From Octopus bimaculoides (Eukaryota), in the NCBI RefSeq assembly GCF_001194135.2, contig NC_068998.1, positions 28,380,618 through 28,444,617 of the forward strand: DNA of 64,000 nt. Direction: 5' to 3'. The position numbers and the translations under genes were made by a program. Below the pieces are notes generated by a model. It ran no database searches and had not been told where the DNA came from. It saw nothing but the letters and a program-made list of their open reading frames with translations. Shown here one piece after another: positions 53,930 through 64,000 of this stretch (positions are counted from its first letter, which is position 1; each line of letters begins with the position of its first letter).

Positions 53930-54870
53930 TTTAAGATAATTTACATATTTTAGCTCAGTCTTACATTCCCAGAGTTATGTCTTAGGACAGGTTGATGCAA
54001 TACTTGTTTCTTCAGTGCATTACAGTGCAGTGAGGCGAAGGTTGTTGCAGGCTTTTGGGAACTGATACAGGGCTAATCTTGCGCAAGCAATCCATAACCA
54101 TCTTTAAACAACAGTTTACAGTTATTTAAATGCTTAAATTTGGTTTTTGCTTACAGTGTGCGAAGATTAAACACTCTGCTGTTATATCACGGCTTAATGT
54201 CAATTCAGGTGGAAGTGTTCTGACAGAAAAAAAATGATGTTGAAAAGGTCAGGTGCTAAGATGCCTCCTTGTTTTACAGCATTTGTGACAGAATATTGTA
54301 CATATATGTTTCCATTATGCCTAACACTCCCATGTTTTTGTATATGGTGCGCCAATTTCATGATGTACAAACACGGGTGGACAACCCCTTTCAAAACGGA
54401 ATCAACATCGGCTCTCAGGCAGGTGATTGTTAATGGTAGTAGGGTGAACGAGGCGATTCAATAGTTGAAAAGAAGTAAACACCTCTGTTATTGTCGCATG
54501 ACTCTCTGTTACCCTTGTTCTTGTATAGGTGAATGAGTGTAGCATTCTTGAACTCTTGGGGATGGCACCTGCTGACCACACGAAGGCAAATAGCTCAGTT
54601 TTTGAATGAGCATCTCACCACCAGAGGCATATACATATTTCAATAGAAATAAAGTTTGTATGTGGTGCTTATTAATGGACAATGACCTTATAGCTCCACT
54701 GCGTCCAAGAACTGTGTTCATGGGAATCTGCACCAGATTGTCAATAGCTTTCTCATTTACGTTGGACTGTATGCTAAGAACGTTCAGAACAAGTTCAACT
54801 CATTTTTCATGTATAAGCTTCTTTGTGCTTTTCCATTTGCCGAGAGAAGGGGCAAAACACTCACGCACGC
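53930..54870 (-). mobile_element. Decayed RTE LINE RT fragment
   Basis: ASGGEMLIQKL, VTNAVKQGGILAPDLFNI, VFNLRTL*AKTK..LLFKDG..KKQVLHQP. Confidence 0.8.
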
Positions 54871-57080
54871 TTTGAAAAAATTAATTCGTGCATTTTTTGT
54901 GCTCCCTAAATTTTCCAGTTATTTTTTGTATACATATCCTTGAGTAATACAAACTCTTGAGTAATATTCAGGGATAGGAAATTGGAACGAATTCGAGTTG
55001 GGAAAATATTTTTCATAAACTGAAATCGAACAAGTGTATCATTTAAGTTCTAAATGCTGCTATTTGAACTCAAATCGATGAAAAATATTGCTTGTTGCTT
55101 TTGTCTAGCCCTGATCAACCGTTCTAATCATGGTCATCATCCCATCAGACATAGTGTCCAACATTATGGCACACAGAACATAGTATAGTAGACTATATGA
55201 CATTGTATTACATTATAGTGCTAACATATCAGTAAGTCCTACGCTTTCTTTTTAAGACAACAGTATTATTTGAAGGAAATTTGTCTGCTACTTCTAGCAA
55301 GTATATCGACCACGTATAGGCATCTCTTAGTTTGTATCCCGGGTTTTCCCAAGTAACTTTGGGATGATATTCTATTTAGCAAATCATTTTTATGTTGGAG
55401 CTTATTGTCATTTTGACTTCTACTCGGATAACTAATACATTCCTCCGCTAACTATTGATTTGATCTCCTTTGCCTACACGGATCCATGAATGATCATAAA
55501 ATTGCTCATTTCTGGATCAGAACTATGTTCCTCTAATGTCAGCTTGTGTTTTAATCTATATTTACTAAAAACTGATTATCAAATTGTTAAAACATTAAGA
55601 TATTTTTTCGCAAAAAGATGCTTTTATAAAATATTTCTTAAAAAGACGACATCAGTTTTTAGACGTTTTAATTAACTCACTAAATCTGAATCATTTTATA
55701 TGTCATAGTTAAACCTGAATAATGAAGACGCATCGACTATAAAATGATATTTCAAACAATATTCTGTTACGAACATTTCATGCTGTAAAATAAAATACAT
55801 TTCAACACATTTTCTTCTCTTTATTGAAGTGTGGCCTACATCGATATGTATTACAATATATCAGTTTTCCTTTCTGCTTATTGTTTAATGTATTTGTGGG
55901 TTTTCTAGAAATAGTTTAAAACATGTCAAGGGTAACTGAAAAATACTATTTTGGCTATGCGTTACAGGAAAATTATGATTTAGATTGACTTGTTTAGTAA
56001 TTTTATAAATTAACGTCTGATAGATCATTTCCTATTTACACAGTATGGAAATGGATTTTTCCAACTTTATCTATTTTACTGTCTTAAAGTTTAACAACAG
56101 CTTACAACTTATGATTATAGTTACTTTTCAACGGTATCTGCTACATACTTATATAGGAAAGCTTTTAAAATATAACTCTTCAACTGAACAATAGTTTTAC
56201 CAATATCGTGTTTTATAGCGAATATATATGTAAGGAGCGTTTCGAAAAATATCATCACAAGAAGCTAATTTACAGTTTGTAATTCCGTATGAATACTGTG
56301 ATCTCGGAATTGCTTTGCACAATTTAATGCTTTCTAATTGTTTAGATTTTGGTTTAATATTTAATGTGATTCTATTTCAATTTGCTGTACACAATACACC
56401 TTAGCTTTACCATATTAAGAAATACTTTTACCTTGCACGTCTTGTACTGTCTCTAAGGTTGTGAGAAACAAGCAGTAGCTAAAAAATAATGATAAAAGTA
56501 ATAAAAATAGATTAGTAAATCTAACATTCCTCAAGTTAAAAGAATTTCAAGAACATGTGGAGATACAGACTGAAGACAAAATAAGTTGCCAAACGCTGTT
56601 TCAACACAAATTACTTATAATTTTCAAAGAATTATATTGCCATAAAAATTCATTTTCATTAATATCTAAAAATGAATAATTGTATAAATAAAGGGCCTCA
56701 ATTGACAATCAATTTACATCGCAACTGAAATCGTTATTATTTATTTTTATAAATTTCAACTTGAAATTGAATATCTAATTTCTTTTTCTTCAATTAACAC
56801 CTATGACTGCACGTTGTTATCTGCATTGGTTCTATTTTAGTAACTGCGGTTAGATATTTCTTTGTGAAAAATATACATACACAAAAGTAATGTCTTCTTG
56901 CTCCATACATATAGCAACAGATAGCTAAAGAAGGTTTGCAATTTTTTGATGCTTTAAATTATCGACCCCGAAAGGATGGACGGTAAAGTCGGCTACGGCA
57001 GGATTTGAGCTTAAAGCATGCAGAGCCGGAACTAGTAACAGATGCTGGCATCTCATTTGATCTGTTTATTTTTAGCTCCA

Positions 57081-57902
57081 GAAGGGCAGCGAGCTGGCAG
57101 AATCGTTAGCACGCCGGGCGAAATGCTTAGCGATATTTTGTCTGTCTTTACATTCTGAGTTCAAATTCCGCTGAGGTCGACTTTGCCTTTTATTCTTTCG
57201 GGGTCGATAAATTAAGTACCAGTTGCGTACTGGGTCGATCTAATCGACTGATCCTCACCCCCAAAATTTCGGGCCTTGTGCCTAGAGCAGAAAAGAATAT
57301 TTAGCTACAGAAGGGCGGCGAGCTGGCAGAATCATTAGCACGCCGGGCGAAATGCTTAGCGGTATTTCGCCTACCGTTATGTTCTGAGTTCAAATTCCGC
57401 CGAGGTCGACTTTGCCTTTCATCCTTTCGGGGTCGATTAAATAAGTACCAGTTACGCACTGGGGTCGATATAATCGACTTAATCCGTTTGTCTGTCTTTG
57501 TTTGTCCCCTCTGTGTATAGCTCCTTGTGGGCAGTAAAGAAATAGGTATTTCGCCTCCCTTTACGTTCTGCTACCGAACTCGACTTTGCCTTACATCATT
57601 TTAGGGTCGATAAAATAAGTACCACTCGAGTATTAGGATCGATGCAATCGACTTCCTTCCCCACCAACATTGCTGGTCTTGTGCCAAAATTTGAAATCAA
57701 TATTTAGCTCCACAAAGCGGTGAGATGGCAGAATCGTAATAGGCCGGGCAAAATACTTGGTGGCATTTCGTCCATCTTTACGTTCTGAATTTAAATTCTT
57801 TCGGAGTTGATAAAGTAAATACGATTTGAACACTGGGTTCGACGTAATCAACTAGCTCCCTCCCCTGAATTTGCTGGCCTTGTGCCAAAATTTGAAACCA
57901 AT
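57081..57902 (+). mobile_element. Head-to-tail stack of four family-A SINE bodies
   Basis: Copies start at about 57081, 57310, 57545 (truncated) and 57712, with differing 3' tails. Confidence 0.9.
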
Positions 57903-57975
57903 ATTTAGCTGTTCACTAGAAATATATATGTTTATGAGAGCTTGACAGGCATCTTCAGCCAGCTGGTCGTGCTAC

Positions 57976-58018
57976 TTCAGGCTGATGACGAGCAAAGACT
58001 CAGAAACATGTCCCTGAA
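57976..58018 (+). ncRNA. Minimal type I hammerhead ribozyme; predicted cleavage after C58012
   Basis: TTCAGG-CTGATGA-C-GAG-caaaga-CTC-A-GAAAC-AT-GTC-CCTGAA. Stem I is a perfect 6 bp; stem III is palindromic (ACATGT); C.A occupies 10.1/11.1. Confidence 0.85.
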
Positions 58019-58776
58019 TGCAGGCTAGGCTGGGTGGAGGTGCTTGTCTCCCCCTCATAAACATAAGGACACAGGAAATGTGTCAAGGCCGACAGGAAGC
58101 GGTCCAGCTTCCTAGGGCTAAATAGCAGCGGTATGATTCCCTTATTGGGACTGTCATTTTAAGTTGACAGTATACAACTGCTTTATATATGTGTGTGTGT
58201 GTGTGTGTGTNNNNNNNNNNNNNNNNNNNNNNNNNNNNNNNNNNNNNNNNNNNNNNNNNNNNNNNNNNNNNNNNNNNNNNNNNNNNNNNNNNNNNNNNNN
58301 NNNNNNNNNNNNNNNNNNNNNNNNNNNNNNNNNNNNNNNNNNNNNNNNNNNNNNNNNNNNNNNNNNNNNNNNNNNNNNNNNNNNNNNNNNNNNNNNNNNN
58401 NNNNNNNNNNNNNNNNNNNNNNNNNNNNNNNNNNNNNNNNNNNNNNNNNNNNNNNNNTATATATATATATATATATATGTTTTAGTGAATGACGGTATGG
58501 GATTTTTTTTCTGCAGAAACGATATCTGCGATGTTGAAAATCTTGAATGCTGAAGACAGTTTTTAAAACAGCTATTGATACATGTTAAGGTATGATGATG
58601 CAAAACTAAAATGAACGTTTGAAAAGAAAAAAAAAATCGAAGAAATTGTTCGTTGTAATTATTGACCTTTTGAATGATCTTCACAATGGATCTTAGTTTT
58701 GGCCGAGTGTTATTCATAATCCCACGTCCAGGTGAAAAAAAAAAAAATCCAAACCTGTTAATATTACCTGAATTCA

Positions 58777-58890
58777 AGGCGGCGAGCTGGCAGAATCGTT
58801 AGAACGCCGGGGAAAATGCTTAGCAACATTTTTTTGTCTGTTTTAACGTTCTGAATTCAAATTCCGCCGAGGTCGACTTTACCTCATCCT
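58777..58890 (+). mobile_element. 3'-truncated family-A SINE
   Basis: AAGGCGGCGAGCTGGCAGAATCGTTAG..GAGGTCGACTTT. Confidence 0.85.
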
Positions 58891-58929
58891 TTGCTGGGAT
58901 CTGAAGAAGGTGAAGAACTTCACAGGCCC

Positions 58930-60514
58930 GTGTAGCTGACAACAGGATACAAACGACTGTAATACGTGTGCATCAAGAGAGGACAAACAACATCGTTTGG
59001 ATAAAAAAGAAAAATACACTGTTGCTAAAAAAAGAATGAGAACGACAACTAAAGCAGATGGTGTTTAAGCAGACAGTACAACAGTGTAAACCGAAGTACA
59101 GGCCGCAAGAAATATTAATTCGCTGATACTTGTTTTTTCCCTATGACCCCAAGTAGAATGGTTGCAGTAACTCACTAATCACCTTTAGAAAAATGAACAA
59201 ATGCTGTAAACACTGTAGTACCAAAGATCCTACATAAGCACGAATTCTATGTTGTTCAGGAGGCAAAGTCATAACAGCATGGAAAGAATAAAAAATGACA
59301 AAAAAAGAACCTCTTTTTCTTTGATACTTGCACGAGCAAGACATTCCTTATTAACTTCATGCATTCTCAATTTCGTTAAAAGTAGCGTATTGTCCTTGCT
59401 GCAGCAATGTGTCTGCACACTTTTTGGTTAAAACACATCTAGACAACACACGGCATGAACAATCACCATGGAACATCGAGAACACATTCAAACGCAAAGA
59501 TATAAGATGATGAATTAGACTGAAGCAAAAATGAGTCACAAACGACCAGTTAAAACCTTGGATTAGGCAATGCTGATAGACAAGACACGATAGACAAGAC
59601 ACGTATAACAAGTGTTGTTGATAGACAAGACACGTATAACAAGTGTTGTTGATTTCGGACGAACCCTGCTTGTAATTTCTAGACAGGCCCGAGCTGATCA
59701 GATCAAAGCATGGCTGAAAACCTCTTATCTCTGATCCTGCGTTGAATGACTGACCTTTACGAATGCGTTTCATTGGTAATAATGTTTTTTGTGAGTTCAC
59801 TACTCAACTATTCAAAGTGGGAAGTTCACTTCCTGAAACGAACTGCAACAACTTAATACAATCGTAATTCAGCTATATCACTGAAACAGAACAGAATCTG
59901 ATAGTTTTGAAATCTGAGATCACACTGAGCAATCTTAACTCTGAGAAATGCTGCTTTGAGAGAGATCAGCATAAACCTACTGGACACGCTGGAGGGGAGA
60001 GACGTTGCAAATCAATAGACATGGTTACTTCGCTGGACCAAGTTTCAAATTGTACAACTGAATTTCTGAACAGCCTCGAACCAGCTTTGGCACAAAGCGT
60101 ACAAGATGCCGCACTAAAGCCAACTTATTTGCTATTTGAAATCCAAAAGCTTCAATTTCCTGTTAGACTCAGTTTCGCCACAATAATCAAAGATAATCAT
60201 TGAAAGTTGCTGGACTGAATCTGTCAGACTGTCTTTGCACATGGTCAGCTTTATGCTACTTCTGCTAGTGCTTGTAACAATGATTGTCTCTTCATCGTAG
60301 CATCATATCACATAACCAAGAATATTGTTTATCCCTAGGTTTTGGAAGATCAAATAAGTGACACGATATTTCTACTGTAATTCCTACGTCAATGACAATA
60401 TACAGATCCTAATTGCTTTGAATGTATGTTGAAATCTCTATATTACTCTTTGTTGAGGAGTGAACAGATACCCTCGCACGTGCACGTGACTGTCAGCGGA
60501 CTGGACGAGCTAGT
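58930..60514 (+). mobile_element. Internally deleted Helitron (RepHel N-terminal Cys motif plus helicase C-terminus)
   Basis: KMNKCCKHC..LCCSGGKV; KSIDMV..TTEFLNSLEP; LQFPVRLSFA; FAHGQLY..TKNIVYP. Candidate CTAG|T end at 60510-60514. Confidence 0.85.
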
Positions 60515-60819
60515 AGACAGTTGGATTGTTATTTTGCGGACAGTTATAAGATAACCAACTCTTGTTACATTGCTTATTGCTATACGGTTATATTATTATA
60601 CACACACGCACACACACACACGCACACACACACACACGCACACACACATCATATATGGTCACTGACGATATAACACTCTTCAGTGTCCTTTCGATAAAAC
60701 AGCCAGCTATCGCCAGGTACCTAGGTTAGTGCACATATAAATATGATATTTATTCGGCAAATGTTGTTTATTTATTTATCTATTTATTTTGTTTATGAAA
60801 TATATTGATAAACAATAAC

Positions 60820-61330
60820 GACATTCGTTATAGCTTTGCAATAAGCCGTTTACTGATTCAGTGTATTTCATATAGCGTGAGTGATAAGAGGTGTTTGTAC
60901 TCTCAGCTTTTGAAAACCTGCATCTCTTTGGCCGGGGTGTCTCTTGTAAGAATCTTTGGAAGTTTGTTTCGAATTGCAAAAGAGTTTCTGCTCCGAGTGT
61001 AGGCATGAGAGCATTGTATAATGGTGACTTTCATCCTGCATCGATTGTATTGTTCTGAGTGGCCGAGGCTTGCGTGCATTTTGTAGAAAACTGTTTTCTA
61101 CAGCAAACTATCTCCTATGTTGTTATCCCTTTCTACTACAGTGAACCTAGGAGCTTTATTTCAGGCTACAGAGAGTTGGTTGAATATGTTTTGCAAGGAA
61201 TCCACCCGGCACAGACAGATGCACCTCAAATTGTTTCAGATTTCTTCTTTGTAAAGAGGGATACTTTTCCTGTCTAGTTTACTTGAAAATATTTGCAGCT
61301 CTTTTACAAGTGGAGACTTTTCTAGCAATA
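60820..61330 (-). mobile_element. Decayed ORF remnant, possibly a PLE N-terminal region
   Basis: One frame of about 165 codons with few stops (..YNRCRMKVTIIQCSHAYTRSRNSFAIRNKLPK..); no diagnostic motif. Confidence 0.3.
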
Positions 61331-63616
61331 GCTAAGTCCGTAAATCTTTCCACTAAAATTTCGTTTATTCAATAAATATTTTTAACGAGCTTGATATTGA
61401 GTGAAACAAGTTAAGGTAAAATTTGAAGTATAAAACACTGCCAGTATGGTAAAAGTATAACAAATGTTGCCAATTGTTATCATAATTTCAACAGAATTTT
61501 GTTCTTAATGTTGATGTTTTTCATTCTATGAAAGTAGAAAGAAATTAATTTCAATCCGTTGTAGGAAAATTGTTAAAAAGTGGTCGAAACAATCGCTGTA
61601 CTACAAAATAAATTGTAAACTGGTGTATTATTCTCCAGAACAGAAGGAAAAAAAATAGTTGAAATGAACAACAATCCAGAATATATTAATACGCAGATAA
61701 ACCATTAGATGGTTAATTTTAAAAGATTTCAATATGAATCTATGAGGTAAAATAATAAACACCGACATGGAAACAAAGAGCAGCAGTAGAAATAGTTGTT
61801 TCGTAATTTGTCACTGGAATATATGATCTGGGATAAGACGAAGATCTCATGGATATAATTTTAAAATGTGACTAGGCAATAGATAGTTCCCATTGTAGTA
61901 GCAAAGTTATAGTAGTTAAATGTATTTCTTTAACCTGTTTAATGGATGAGATTAAACACACTAGATGTTGTATTTGTTATATGTTAACGGTATGTGGGAC
62001 AGAGAGCAACCGTCTTTGTCTGATAAATAGTTCGTGATCATAAATGATATTGCCACAGAAACGTTCAATACGTGATCAAGAATTCTAATAAAATTACAAG
62101 ACTGAGTCTAGCGTATGATGTCTACTTATAAATATGTCGATGGTAAACACATGGGTAAATGTTAAGCTCATAAATAACATAATAAGGAGAATAGCTTTTG
62201 TAGTTTATGTTCTAGAAATGAATCCTTTTGTTAGAATAAATTCCGAAGATTCATGAGAAAATGAAAACGGAATAAGCTTTATTTCATTAGGAAAAAAAAA
62301 TAGCTATTGTCGAATGTTGTAATAAAGAAGAAATCATGAAGAGAGGAATTTGTACGATTATTACAATACAAATTGTGAAATAGACGTATTTCAAACTCAA
62401 TGTTTAGCACGTTCCTCTCAGGCGTTCTTAATACTCCCAAGTAATCTAAGCCTAAACACTTCGCGAGAGAAAACCCCACCCCACAAAAAGAAGAAAACGA
62501 AGAATAAAGGTATTTGTCGTGTCAAAGTAAAGAATACGGAAGTTAAAATAAAAATATACAGAAGCTAGAAGAATATGAAATAGTAAATTATGGCTACAAA
62601 ATAATTAGATCACTAATTTCAGGGATGAGATGCAACTGGGAAAAGAAGGAATAAACAAGAAAAGCAACGCTAAGACCGGTGTTATTTGCAGAAATTAGCT
62701 TATTTAGATTGTTATAGGTGGAACATGATAGATATGAATCTGTTTATGGTAAACCATAAAACTGAACGTAAATTAACAGAAGTAAAAAAAAAAACAAGAA
62801 AAAAATTTAGCGTATTTTTCCTCGCTGCTGGGTAGGTAGCTTAACGGGAAAATGGTATGTACCTGCCTACTACTTGTACCTATTTTCATAAACATTGGAA
62901 TAGCGCAAACAGATAGGTTCTGTGTGTTTCTGTTTATCTTGGCACAAAATTTAGCGAAATTTGTTTTAAAACACAGTAGATCCGGAGCATAAGAAATATC
63001 ACGAGGAACCTAAATTTTTTTTTGTTGATCCATAAAGTTATGAAACGAGTTGACTTTATAGTATAATGGTGGCGTGTGAAAAACTTATCTTCCTGTCTAG
63101 AAAAACTCATGTTGCCCTCTCTGTTTCTCTCCAGTGCCAATCATCCTGGTATTATTTAAAAATTGGCACTTGAAAAATTAACCGAAGTATATTAAAATAG
63201 AGTTAATAAAACAACAAGCAACTTTTTTCTTGCAAATGTCTTACAATACCTGTTCAGTAACAACATAGGTTACAACATTTTGACATATTGACTGGATATT
63301 CGCGCCATTCATAATCATCATTTGAAAGCTATTTGTGTCTCAGCAATGAGTAAGTGGCAAAGGCTTCAACCATTGGATGTACGATTCCAATCAGGTAGCA
63401 CATAATTTAACAGGTTCAAATTCATAAAATGTCTTCAAAGATAAGTAACATCATTTGAATTGCCCCAATGGGTATGTCTTGAGTGTAATTTAGTTGCTAT
63501 TTCTACCAAATCGAACGACTACGTTGCGGCATCGGAGGCATTGAGGAAATACACCAAAGAAAGTTAAGCATAAGGTGGTTCTCTGTAAATCCGGAAAATG
63601 AAAGAAATGCCAGCGT

Positions 63617-63717
<101 letters not shown>

Positions 63718-64000
63718 TTGAAAGAGGGACAGAAAGAGAAGATTCTCTCGGATCAATGTTTCATTTTAAAGGATATGTCTTCGTATCAGAACTAAATACA
63801 TGAATGATATGATGTGAACAAAAAAGTTTGTAAGTTTCTATGCTTTTAATAAGTGACAGAAAACGTCGACTGTACCATGTTCAGTTGATAACACATAATA
63901 AGCAATTGTTCTAAAATGTCATCGAGATTATTACCTTCCTATGAGATATGATTTTATTACGTAAATAATACAGAATGCTATTTGTAAGAAACACTGCCCG

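Noticed and set aside
57081-57902. Regularly spaced repeats resembling a CRISPR or tRNA array
   Set aside because: The units are ~200-bp SINE bodies without constant repeat/unique spacer structure or a cloverleaf.

Overview
This is AT-rich, microsatellite-dense eukaryotic scaffold DNA with N-gaps. The SINE and simple-repeat complement looks like an octopod cephalopod; that is recognition from memory, not a database result. Nearly all long ORFs in the track are CA/TG/GA-repeat artefacts or decayed transposon pieces. Identifiable elements: a CR1-type LINE, three RTE LINEs (one full-length with an 11-bp TSD inside a maT/mariner), a hAT relic, two Helitron relics, three inverted-repeat MITEs, three tRNA-type SINE families and many Penelope-like elements (PLEs), several of Naiad type. 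The only convincing host-gene signal is one plus-strand exon at 40463-40638. The main non-ORF signal is a set of type I hammerhead ribozyme (HHR) motifs. One is fully canonical (8913-9002). One caps a long G.U-rich RNA rod with no PLE ORF beside it (57928-58064). One pair delimits a roughly 400-nt HHR-to-HHR retrozyme-like unit (44831-45880). Several more are decayed. There is also a possible decayed HDV-like ribozyme at the 5' end of the full-length RTE. No CRISPR, rRNA or true tRNA genes were seen. Family assignments rest on by-eye translation and remembered motifs.
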